A stretch of 48,453 nucleotides of DNA, counting the filler, from Porpidia crustulata (lineage: Eukaryota), in assembly GCA_964255105.1 (NCBI GenBank). It is 2 parts of 2 records of this genome, joined end to end, with 100 filler letters (N's around TTAATTAATTAA, not from the genome) between each part and the next. Parts side by side here need not be neighbours in the genome. Positions count along the whole stretch, not along the records: positions 1 to 24,204 come from CAXUWE010000061.1; 1 more part is not named here. One strand, written 5' to 3'. The notes beneath the pieces are model-generated. The model was not told the origin of the DNA and did no database searches. It saw only the letters and a list, made by a program, of their open reading frames with translations. Made by a program: the position numbers and the translations under genes. The stretch's first letter is position 1; each line of letters begins with the position of its first letter. Below, piece by piece: positions 1 to 11,982 of this stretch.

Positions 1-1006
1 GTTCTGAGGTGTTTGGGGAGGGGACTCGGGGATGTATATATTGTTATATGTTTATATTTGGGGATCTATCGCGAGAAGGTATTGCGTTCACGCATCGCGG
101 TATCCAAGACGAATGTCAGGATCTTCCTATCGTATTACCATTCCCTAGCTTCCACTGAAAATCCCACACCACCCAGCAGAACTCCCACCCTCGATTTCCT
201 AACTCGGAAACCCATATTCCCTTCCGCTCACTATCTCTGCGAAAACGAAGACAAAGATGTTATCCAGCATTTCATCAATCGTTGAAGACTTCGATTCCAA
301 GCAAAACTGTCTATCCATCCCAATGCTGTCATTTCTGTATAAATGACTGTTTGCATGCAAAGCTCTGACGCATTGCAAGCAAAAGATCGATCCTGTGGGT
401 CATCAGCTGCATTTATCAACCAATACGCGTAAAACGAGCTTTCTTGTTACTTTTGCTTTGAGCATTCTTTCGAAGCTGCGCGTTATACGCCATACGTTAT
501 GTGATGTTTCTCTTAGACCTACGGCAAGGAATTAGATTAAGAAAAGTGTAAAGATGGCATGATCCCAAATGATCTCAATTGTAATATTAAGTGTCATGGA
601 CAGCTGCACTATTCAAGTTTGAGTCGGCATTACGGATCACGATTGATAGAAGAAGCCAAAGAGCAGATTCTTCGAAGGTGTTATGTCCTCATCGAAGGCA
701 CGTCCAGCTGTAGTCCACAAAATTGAACTTGATATTGGGAACCTTATCAATGTATCTTTAATGAGCGCCATCTCCCCTTGAGGACTTTTAGCCACAAGGT
801 TAGGGAATATTCATAATAATCTTGTATTAACCAAAGATAATATTGCATTGATCATACTTGGTAAGAGCTGGGAATAATTGATGGTCGTAATAACTCCCAG
901 TGATCCGATTCATAATCTCGAATGATTGGTACAAATTACTCGATAATTTGTAATTGATATGATGCTCCACGTAGAACAGATAGATACCGAACCTTGAACG
1001 AGGATT

Positions 1007-1027
1007 TATGATTATGATTATGATTAT
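1007..1027. repeat. Short tandem repeat (TATGAT)3 plus TAT
   Basis: tatgattatgattatgattat read directly. Confidence 0.6.
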
Positions 1028-1271
1028 CCCTCGCCGTTGAAAAGATAAACGGCATAAGTCTTTTGACCATGAACAAAAGGGGGTTTTAGTTGACGTTGAA
1101 AATTATCCCCGTAATCCGTCGCCACCCGGAGGACGCTTAATGTCAGCCGCAGTCCATCTAAACTTTCTGCCTCACAGCCTCACAATTTCACGACTCATAG
1201 CCTCGCTCTCTGTCAATTACTTCCTTCTGTTGTCCCTCTACATTTTGACAACCTCACTTGTCTCATCAATC

Positions 1272-2564
1272 ATGCCCGGTAGACCACTCCCTACGATAAC
1301 ATCAAAAGTCGTTGCGTCTCATAACACCTCAGAGTCCTGCTACGTAACTAGGGGCACTAAGGTGTACAATGTCACATCTTTTCTCGACGATCATCCTGGC
1401 GGTGGAGATTTAATCGTCGAGTACGGAGGGAGAGATGTGACGGAAATAATGGGCGATGAGATATCGCACAACCATACCGATGCTGCTTACGAAATTCTCG
1501 ATGATAATTACTTGATCGGGTTCGTAGCTACCGAACCGATTATAAAAATTGCAGTGAACAGCGAACATCCGGAGGAAATTCTCCCCTTACCACCAAGCAA
1601 CGAAGGCATCCAAGAGCTACAGTCCAATGGTCACGGCCAAGAGCTTACGCCAACGGACGTATCCACAACCACTGGCGCATCCTCTGACGCAGGTCTTTTA
1701 AAAACGACCGATGCGTCCCCTGATTACAAAGCACACAAGTTCCTCGACATCGAAAAGCCATTGTTGATGCAGGTATGGAATGGTGGCTTCAGCAAGGACT
1801 ACTACCTCGAGCAAGTACACCGTCCTGCGCACGTCCCGGGGGGGAAGTCGGCGCCCCTCTTTGGCAACTTCCTGGAACCATTGAGCAAGACGCCATGGTG
1901 GCTTATACCGTTGGTATGGCTGCCTTGGGTCGGCTACGGCTCGTACCTGGCAGCTCAAGGCCTGCCCTCCGCGTTTCAATTTGTCGCTTACTGGCTCACT
2001 GGATTGTGCCTCTGGACACTTGTGGAATACGGACTTCATCGTGGGCTCTTCCATGTTGACCAGTCAGTCTCCCAACACTGCCAAACCTTCCCTTCCTTCT
2101 AACACATACCATTAGGTACCTTCCTGACAATCGAGTTGGCATCACCACACATTTCTTGCTACACGGCATCCACCATTACCTTCCAATGGACAAATTACGG
2201 CTAGTCATGCCTCCTACCCTTTTTGTTGCTCTCGCAACACCATTTTATAAGCTCGCCCACACTGTTTTCTATTGGGACTGGTATGTGGCGACCGCTGTTT
2301 TTTGTGGTGGCATATTCGGATATATTTGCTACGACGTCACACATTACTTCCTGCACCACCACAAGTATGTATGCCCTCGGTAAACCGCGCAGGATCCGCT
2401 CACAATGTCATAGACTTCCACTTTACTACCAGCAACTCAGGACCTACCACATGAAACATCATTACCAAGACTCTGACAATGGATTTGGTGTGACCAGCCA
2501 TTTCTGGGACCGCGTCTTCGGGACCGAGCTTGATATGACGTCTAAGGTGGTGAAAGTGACCTAG
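1272..2564 (+). CDS. SCS7: Sphingolipid fatty acid 2-hydroxylase (cytochrome b5 + FA hydroxylase domains); introns 2063-2115, 2365-2413
   Basis: Cyt-b5 heme motif FLDDHPGG; di-metal His boxes EYGLHRGLFH, LHGIHHYLPMD, YDVTHYFLHH, YHMKHHY and the C-terminal GFGVTSHFWDRVFGT. GT..AG introns restore the frame. Confidence 0.95.
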
Positions 2565-3102
2565 TACGCTCGCTTTACAGTCTTTCCATTTCTGCACTGC
2601 TGGCGGCGTTCTGGGCGGCTGTTGGTTAGGATCATTTGCAGAAAGGCTCGTCATGCAAACCCATCAGTACGAAGTCTTTCTATGGACATGAGAAATTATT
2701 TCAAATTCTGCTTTTCCATGTAAAGTCTATGAACTAAAGCTGTGCAAGCTATGGTAGTTGAGCGTTGCAGTGCACACCCTAATCACGGGGCTGAAGCTCT
2801 CCCAAAGTAGCTTAGTGTATTGAAAGTGCTTCTCCACTATGAGAATTCTGGGATCCCACCGCTTTTCAGATAATCCACCAGCAACTTTTGTGCATACAGT
2901 GACATAGTAGGGAGCTATTCACCTTCACAATTGGATTGCGACACGCAGTTCCTTTAATCTGCAAGATCTTATCAAATTAAAAGGGTTCGCTCAAGCGTTA
3001 CGAACATCGGTGATTTGTCTGACCAGCCCAAAGTGAAGATTTCCTCTCCCCTACCGTGACACACCCAAAAACTATATCAATTGTCTTCTTCGCACGGCAA
3101 AG

Positions 3103-5064
3103 ATGTCAGGCCTTGACGTCGAGGCACTTTTAGATTCCACTGCGAACGCAGCCCCATCCGCCAGCGCCAACGACTCTCGCACAAAGGACCGGGATGACCG
3201 GCGGAAATCCGACAGGAGCGACCGTCGTGGCCGCGATCGTCCACGCGATGGCAGTCGAGATCGTGACAGAGAGCGAAGGCATCGCGACAGGAGCAGGGAG
3301 AGGATCAAGAAGGGTAAAGATATTGATGGGGATGTGGCGATGAAGAGCCCCATGGTGGAACAGGGCAGTGGACATGATCGCCACCGAAGCAGAAAGAGAA
3401 GCCGTAGCCGCGATAGCGATAGACGTCACTCACGCCGTCATAGGGATTCAGCAGATCTAGACGATGCCTTCCGCTCCTCTGGTGGAGACTTCTACCGTGG
3501 TGACGGGCGTCCCCGAACCCGATCAAGATCCCCTAACGATGATAGATACTACAGACCTGGTGGTGGAAGAAGTCGTCGCGAAGACGATGATAGGATCCGA
3601 GACCGAAGCCCACGCCGTGATCGTAATGTTGGGCGAAAACGCACTCCTAGCCCAAAGCGCCCTAAAAGCAAATCTCCTACACCTCAGCCGACGGAAGATG
3701 AACGCGATCGTCGTACTGTCTTTGTGCAACAGCTTGCTGCTAGATTGAGGACGAAAGAGCTGATTGCTTTCTTTGAGAAGGTTGGACCCGTGAAAGAGGC
3801 GCAAATTGTTAAAGATAGAGTTAGTGGACGTTCGAAAGGGTGGGTTCCCCCAACATGCACATATAAGTCACAACTAACGATTTTTAGTGTCGGCTATGTG
3901 GAATTTAAGCAAGAAGAATCCGTTCCTCAAGCCATCCAGCTCACAGGCCAGAAGCTTCTAGGCATTCCCATTATCGCCCAGCTCACTGAAGCAGAGAAGA
4001 ACCGCCAGGCTCGTAATCCAGAGGCAATTAACAGCAATCCAAACCAGATACCTTTTCATAGACTTTACGTTGGGAATATCCACTTTAGTATCACTGAGAG
4101 CGATCTGCAGAATGTTTTCGAACCTTTCGGAGAATTAGAATTCGTACAGCTGCAAAAGGAGGAACAGGGACGGAGTCGAGGATATGGATTCGTGCAGTGA
4201 GTATTGCTTCTCTGTGAATAAGAAATGCTAGCTGATCCGCGCCTTTAGGTTTCGAGACCCTACTCAGGCTAAAGAGGCACTAGAGAAGATGAATGGGTTC
4301 GATCTTGCTGGGCGCCCCATTAGGGTTGGCCTCGGTAACGATAAGTTTACCCCTGAATCTACTGCGAACCTATTGCAACGGTTCCAAGGACAAGAACACC
4401 AACGCAACTACCAGGGTTCTGCCTTTTCCGGTCACGGCGGCCGAGGTTCTCAGGCTGGTGGCGCCGGAGGAGCGTTTGATCGTGCTGGAGGCCGTGACAA
4501 TGAGAAAGGTGGAGGTGGCGCTTCAGCCCTTGACGATACAGATGTTGCCGGCGTGAATTTCAACAACTATAGTAGAGATGCATTGATGCGGAAGCTTGCG
4601 AGAACAGATGAGCCCACCCCAGACACGAACGGAGCAGACGAGAAGCGGAAGATGGCCAAGCCAAAGGTCGAGGCAAAGCCACTTCCAGTCAGCGTCAACC
4701 AAGCCAGCCGATGCGTCTTGTTGAGGAATATGTTCAATCCCGCCGAGTAAGTAGTCTAGAAGCCCCCCCTTTAATCTTCATTCGGTCTAACGGCGTTCTT
4801 ATCAGGGAGGAAGGTGAAGCCTGGATCAAGGAATTAGAAGACGACGTCCGAGCTGAGTGTAACGAGAAGTATGGGAAAGTGGTTCACATTGCTCTAGATC
4901 CCAACACCCAAGGCGACATCTACCTCAAATTCGACCGCGTTGGAGGCGGCGAGAACGCCATCAAGGGGCTCAACGGCCGCTTCTTCGGGGGCCGCCAGAT
5001 CAGCGCCCAGCCGGTCGTGGATGCCGTTTACAGCTCCCTGTTCTCACGTACCTCTGCGCTCTAG
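3103..5064 (+). CDS. RBM39/CAPER (PAD-1/Rsd1-like) splicing factor: RS/RD-rich N-terminus, two RRMs and a C-terminal UHM; introns 3840-3887, 4197-4248, 4747-4805
   Basis: [16 protein letters not shown], spliced RNP1 [42 protein letters not shown] and [11 protein letters not shown] are characteristic of the RBM39 family. Confidence 0.93.
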
Positions 5065-8000
5065 ATGGCTAATCGGCTAGTAGTCTCGTAGGCGGAGAGC
5101 TTCGGGTTTGCGGTGGCTAATCATGAATTCTAGTGATGCTGTTTACTGTGGAGCGAGATAGATTGGTGAAAAATGACGCACGGAGCAAGGAATCAGAGGG
5201 GCAAATTCTCCAGATTTTAGTGGCTAAGTAATGCTTTTTAGTTCTCGTCAAGTAGCAAACATGAAATGTTCCCAAGTAACCTTCTCTCCCATTTCCCCAT
5301 AACCGTAATCCACCAGTCTTTGAACGGCCGTTTGCCCCCGGGCGAGCTCGCGGTTCGTCAATTTCTTGCGCCGGTACCAGCACTCCTCGTCGAACAGAAA
5401 GCAGCACGATGCGAACCGGCCGTTCTGCCGCTATACCCGCTAACAGCGACTATGATGGATGCTCACGCCAGGAGGGGTCGGAAGGTAGGGTTTGGCGAAT
5501 TATAACAGCATAATGCAGGAGTATTTTGTTGCTGCAAAAGGGTGTCGTGGATCACGTGTGTTCAGTCCAAGTGGAACGATGATAAAGATGGAACAATCGA
5601 AGGAAGGAGGAAGTGCGGATGGTGAGTCTCTTTGTATTGCTGTAAATTGTCTATCTGTCTGGATGGCTGATAGGTACGATGGATAGTGATGATGGAGGGT
5701 CCGTCTTCGTTGGGCTGGGGATCGGGTGATCAGCCCATCCATATCGAAAACCTACACTTAGCTACGCTCCTATTTTTGGTCTCGAGTTCACACTTGACAC
5801 TCATCTACCTTACATATCAGCTCGGTAGAGCACAAAGGGGCTTGTAACTGCCCAGGGATGGGTCTCGCCCGCTTCGTTTGATGCAAAAGGAGGTATGCAA
5901 GACGTCGAAGAAGGTAGGTCAGCTGTGTTATATTCGTTGGCTTTTTACCACGATGACGACTTCATGAGTTGGATAAGAAGTTAGTGGCGATGAAGATTTT
6001 GACTCTTACTAAGACTCACTTTTCGTCCCATGTTATATATCAAACCTGCAACACCTTTAGACTCTTTTATTTCTTTTCAAACTAGTGTTTGCCGCTTGCT
6101 GTATTGTTTTAGAACATCCGAGCATTAGGATTGACAAGCTCTGTATCATTGCCGGGGTGAGTAGATTCCTTGAACCTATATGACACGGTGCAGTGGTTGG
6201 TAGTGGCATCCCGAATATAAATAACGGATTTCTGGCTTCATAAACACTTCCGGCTGAGGCTTTCTTCTTACTTCACAACTCTCTCGCCGCCTTCGTTCTC
6301 CACAGTGTTGTAGGTAATCAACACAAAGGCTCCATCATCTTGGTTCACCTTATCTAGGTCCGATAGGCGAGCTGCACCTCTTTACCCCCTTCGCTTAGCT
6401 TTTCTTGAGCATCACCTAACAGACATTGAAATATTCGCCATTTACCCAAGACATGCCCGTAGGTAGAGTAAGCTACACAGGAGCGACAAGGTATGTTTGC
6501 CGACCCTTTTCAAGTGGTTCACGACAGGTTTCCTAGGCTGATTGTACGCCCTAGTCCGTGACCTTATATATTTACCACCACAATAACGCAGGCATGCACT
6601 TGAGATATCAGCTGTAAATGGTTTCAAGGGCTGGAAGCCTGTCTTGGATTGAATGAGACCCTGGCACCTTATAATCATCAGGCTGACTGCGAGGATAAGG
6701 GTATTCATTATTGCAAATGCCTCATTACCTACGGGTAGCTCAGCAGCTATCCCACAACAGTCTACTAATAATCCTGCTCCCGTTGGTTGGTAAATTTGCA
6801 AACTCGTCCGTTGAGAGGGTCGACGACACTCGGTAATAGGACCAATGACTTGTCGCATCGGTTGTGAGTGCTCTTATGGCCTTGCATGGTGACCCATTAC
6901 TGATGAAATGAGATAATGATGATCCTTGGTGTGCACGCTTCTCGATCTATTAGCACCGACCCTGGGCCGCCTGGGAAGCCCAACTCATCAAAATTTCTCG
7001 GATTGTCACTTCTTATAGCTGTGGGGGGTTATGATCGTCATCGTAAATATTCTTATAATCTAGAGATCGCTCGGCTACTCAGGCTGGTTTTACATCATCG
7101 GACACGAAAAATTGATTTTAGGCCGGAATTCTCGCTTCTGTGTCCGAAGATTAAAAACCAATCTGAGTATCTGGGTAAGAATCTCGGCTAGTGGCTCTGA
7201 TGCCGTTGGCTCAAGGGCTTGTTCGCTTTAGTATCTACCTGAGTTGCTCACCGCTTGCGAGAACGAGGCTATACGCCTGCGAAAATGTCCAAGGTCTAAT
7301 TTGTAAGTCTTCTTACCATTAGATATTTTATGCTGTCTGGTCTGATGCACGTTATAGATTCATCGTACCTTGGTAATCTGTAGGCTGACTACCTTTCTTT
7401 TTCCTAGGAAAACTAATAAGCCTCGAGATTCCTAAAAACGTTCCTTCGGGCTGAAATGTTCAAGGTGACTTTTTGTGAGTTACTCTTTGGTTCTTGCCTG
7501 TCGCCGAAGTCAGAGGCATGTAGATGAGGATGCTAAGAAGCCGAGGGCTAAATGTCTATGTAGTACGGGCAGTCCGGTGGCTTACATACCAGGGATAGAA
7601 ATATTTTGCAATGGTCTAACTGCAAATAAAGCCAGGGCTGCTGGGCCAATATTTTAATCAATCGCATCGAGTGTGTAGACAGGTAAAGCGAAAGGCAAAA
7701 TCCTCATAGCCGGGACTCTGCTCTGACGTGGAACCCAGTCGCTGGCGAGTTCTCCTGAATCCAGAGCTTGTAACTGCTTCTCATCCCCAAGAGACAACCA
7801 ACAGCTTTTTCTTCCGCATCTCTCATTGGCTAGTGTCAATCGGGGTCAGTATGGTGGTATCTCTCTCTTTGGATGACGTTTACGGTTCAAACTATGTCTG
7901 AGGTAAACGACTTGATTTAATATTCCTTCAATAAGATCAGGTACAATTTTAGCCATACCTCATCCTATCAGAGATTCGGCGGCCGACGCAACTCCGAGGA

Positions 8001-8994
8001 CAAACTTTCTCGACGTTTGCGAGAAGGACATGCGAAGGCTGACAACGTGGACCTGTCAGGAAACTTATGGACGGAAGTAGTGGAATTCAGAATCTTCTCT
8101 ATGACCCTTAACGATGAAATTGAATTTGACTAGCTCAGCTTTTAATTGCGTTAGTCAGACAGAGGTTGATTGCGCAGGCACTAAATTATATAGTAAAACA
8201 GATAATGCTGAGTAGATTTTCAGAAGTTACCAAAATGCCCCTTGGAATAACTAATGGCTCCAGGGCCTTTCTACCTTGGAGCCTGCTTCCTGGGGCTAGA
8301 CAGTCTTTGCGTTTTTGATCGGATGGGTTACCAGGTGTCCCAAAGACACCACTTGAAGGTACGTTGATGTGAATGCAATCTTTATCAGTGAAAATCACAT
8401 TTTCGCTTATCGTCAAAGCAGCGTAACGTCTTCTTCGTCTCATTTTCTTTCCTCTTTCACTAGACCCTCGTCACGATTAGAGTCTGTGTTTGCACCGCAG
8501 AGCACTTTGATCGTATTCGTTATGAGAGCGTTTCTGTACTGCAGTGCGTGATCACCGGAGTCAGTCACTGGGAGGATTGCTAGAGATAGACTTCCTTTCT
8601 GCCCACACACATTCACTTCCCAATATCACCGATATCTACTGCTTCAACCCCTACAGCTGTACTGTCTGTGGTGTACACTATCTCAACTAAGGCATGAGTC
8701 CTCGGTAAACCCTGTGCCAAATCAAAACATGCGCATTTAGACATCTTCCCTAGCTCATGCCAGTATTTATTGCTACAATTTGTTTCACACTTACCATTTC
8801 AACTCCTCTCTACTCATTTTCACCTTCCTTTCCCTCATTGATTTGAAAGACCACGGGCTCTTTATCAAAAATGAAGACCTCATAGCAGAGGCAACCAGTT
8901 GCTTACAATTCGCTGGGAGAGCCAAGTGCTTCACAAGAACCTGAAGTGGGATAGCTTGTCTTATATGAAATTATAGCCGCTAAGAAATTCTCAG

Positions 8995-10751
8995 ATGTCG
9001 GTCTGGCAGAACTCGGCACTGCGGCCTTCAAGTACCAGTAGAATGGCTAATCAAGGTACCGTCGTCGATAGGCCAAGGGGCCAGGTCAGTTGCGTTCCAT
9101 TATATTTCACTATTATGCCTTTGACTTCAAGAGCTTGGATGAGCAATCTAACATTTACATTGTTTCTTAGGAGATGGGGGCTTCCCTAGAGCGGGAAGTC
9201 GCCCGCTTGACAACTCTGGTCGCGGAGCGACAGGGAGAGGTGGCTTTTGCCACCCGAGAGAACAATCGGCTTAGGGCCGAGCGGGATGCTGCCCGCGTGG
9301 AAATCTCGGCGTTGTCGAGGGAAATTGGTAGGCTGTAAACTCTTTACAGCTCTGAGTAGGCGACTAATTTTTCTCTAGGCAGCCTTCGGGCTGAGAAGAA
9401 GCACGAGGAGGAGGAGCGAAACAATCTCCGTAAAAAAGTCGAGGAACTTGAGGGGGTTAATAAGAAGCAAGCTCGCACGATCAAGGTGCAGAGCGACCAG
9501 ATTGCGGCACCGAAGGAGGTGAACCGCACCCCGAACCGTGGCGCTACAATGGCCACCAACAATCTATTCCCTCCTCCGCCACCACCACCTATCTATAATC
9601 CGCCCGCTAGACCAGTCCAGGCCCCACAACAGCCTATTCCCTACGTTGTACCAGCCCGACAAGGGCAACAACGGCATATGAGTCAGTCTGACCCAAGCAT
9701 CCCCCATAGCCAGCAGACACAAGAGTCGCAATCGACGCAGACTAGTCAGTTTATCTTGCCTGACCCGCCGGTCTACCAAACTCAGCATAGTCAACGTGAT
9801 CCACAAATTCTGCCCAATCGCCCAGCTCACTCCGCCTCCCATTTCTTGGCTCAAGCTACACCAACCAGCAATTCCCAAATCTCAGGTACGAACCTCAGCA
9901 CTCTCGGCCTCGAAAAAAGCAGATCTCTCGTTATACCAGAAAGCATGGCAGCAAGAGTCAACTGGATCGAAGAGTTTTCTCAGTTCTTCGATCTCACGCT
10001 TACTTTCGCCCGCAATTTCGGCAATGTACCAAGCCCGCAACGTGACAGTGGGTTGACTGGACGTCTCATAATGGATTTGCAAGAAGCATCTCACCCTCAA
10101 GTTCTGCAAGACCTTCTCAATTCGAGTAGTACTCGGTACCACCTCGTGGCTGCCGTGATGAACCAGGCGATCTGCAAAGAAATCTTCAGATCGTCTGCTG
10201 TCCGAGGCTTCTCGTCCAGCTCCGACGCTCGCATAGGAAGCGTCAGACGTATGATTAATTCTGGCATGAGAGCAGATTCTGGTGTGAAAGACTCAACGAA
10301 ACGCGGCCTGCTACAAGCAGCAGCTGACATTTTCAATGAAATGAGAGACGCACCGGGTTTCAAAGACTGGGTTGAAATTCAGATCGAAGACAAAGCTAGC
10401 AATCTGTGGGATAGGATAAAAGGCTTGTTGTCCTCGCAAGCCGGCGACGAAGATGTTTTTGGGGACCTATGCCTGCTCTACAGAGAGGCCTACCGTATAA
10501 GCTTGATGATGTTCTCCATACCACTTCATTGGAACATCGAATTCCCACAGAACACTAGACAAGGCTCGTTCTTTGACCCGACCACGATGATTAATAGAGA
10601 CGCTCGATTCCGAGAGGACCCAGTAAGCCTACGGGAACGATGTCTGAGGATTCGTCTTGGTATCAACCCAATCATCATCGTATTAGACTATATGGACGAT
10701 GCTCTCCTACCACGAACCGTTCACTACGCAGACGTCTTACTGCAGACCTGA
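8995..10751 (+). CDS. Hypothetical protein (about 539 aa): N-terminal coiled coil, P/Q-rich linker, globular C-terminal domain; introns 9085-9170, 9328-9378, plus an upstream intron 8946-8994
   Basis: Splicing at GTCAGT..CTTAG and GTAGGC..TCTAG joins ORF 8995 to ORF 9486-10751 in frame through a heptad-like segment (LEREVARLTTLVAER...NLRKKVEELE). Confidence 0.8.
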
Positions 10752-11982
10752 AGTCAAGTTAAGATTACGACGTCTGTCGGCATCCTCTTCATCGTAACGT
10801 TGCCCTTTAGAATTTTTTTGCATATCTCGTCTCGGCGATGCCTCTTAATTCCACACAAAAGATTATCACTTACGTTTGCATTCTATTTCTTATGGGTCTG
10901 GTCACTATCTTGCCTTCCGTTCGCACGATTCTCCATTGAGGATAAAAATCGCCACTTTTACCTGCTTCCAATAATCCACCGCAAATCTTACTGATAGGGA
11001 TCCTTGCCTCGATTACCTTCTCTGCTTCTATTGGCATTCAAGAATCACCACTTAAACTACCGGTGGGAATGCTTCACCGGCCATACATCTATCGGATCTA
11101 TAGCAATCCACAATCTACCGCGAATGCTGCTGGTGGCGATCCTGCGTTCGAATATCTTTACCTCCACTTCAAATCTCATCACGGCTGCCCAAGTATCGTT
11201 GGGAAGCCTTACATAAAAGCGCTTTTTGTTTCCCTCTTATTATTCTCTACCTCGATGGTCCGGTTCGTTTCCACCATCAGGATTTCTCTACATTGGACTA
11301 GCGGCTGGTATCGCGTTGACTATTGCATGGATAAGCGAAAGTATAGAAGGGACTCTGGCGCGATATTTTCATTGATCTTCGGTACGCATATCCGTCTATC
11401 CCATCGTCATACTTTCATCAAGTCCATTTTTTCATGCTAGAACACCAAAATTTATACATTCACGGGTTTTCCTGGGAAAATCGGCCTGGAAGCTACTCAG
11501 TTCCATGACTGTCAAATATTCGGCTTGGACGAATCCGCGAAATCCTCACTTAAAAAGCTGGCACAAGAGTGTTGACCACCAATGGAGCCACAGACAGGGT
11601 TTTCCTGTTAGTCTGCATCAAAAGTACAGCTTTCTCCGTTTGTTTTCGTTCTTCCAATCACCAAATTGACAACCAGCGCCTGTATAATACCCAGCAGCCC
11701 ACATGACGCAGTCGCCTGCTTAGCAGTACGAATGTCTTTGAACATCGTAGCTTGCGCCGTGAAATTCATTTACTTGTGAGTAGTTTCCAGATAGTAATAA
11801 AAAGCTGCGAGATGTCTTGCCATAGGTCGCCTGTGTCTCAATCGTTGCCCTAGCCCTACGTCACTAGGCAGATCTTAGCTCACGTTTTTCAACTTCCGCT
11901 CCACCCTCACCACCATTATCCCCATCTTGAACAGCCTTTGTTGTATCCAGAAAGCTGCTTGTAATACAGCCATGGAACAGCT

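Noticed and set aside
740..1110. Several GATA motifs upstream of SCS7 (possible iron or nitrogen GATA control)
   Set aside because: AT-rich context makes them expected by chance; no extended SreA-type ATCWGATAA consensus.
1140..1271. In-frame 44-aa hydrophobic extension upstream of SCS7
   Set aside because: It translates a CT-rich leader/promoter tract. Family members begin near MPGR, and the upstream ATG has weak context and probably lies 5' of the TSS.
5815..5880. tRNA-Thr-like words (TCAGCTCGGTAGAGCAC, CTTGTAA, CCAGGG)
   Set aside because: No T-loop GTTCRA, no acceptor stem and a poor anticodon stem. At most a degraded remnant; tRNAscan-SE would decide.
6895..7020. Box C-like TGATGA motifs suggesting a C/D snoRNA
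   Set aside because: No box D (CTGA) at a suitable distance and no terminal stem or rRNA-complementary guide recognised.
7940..8133. About 60-codon stop-free plus-strand stretch in the intergenic region
   Set aside because: No usable start or consistent splice junction and no recognisable motif.
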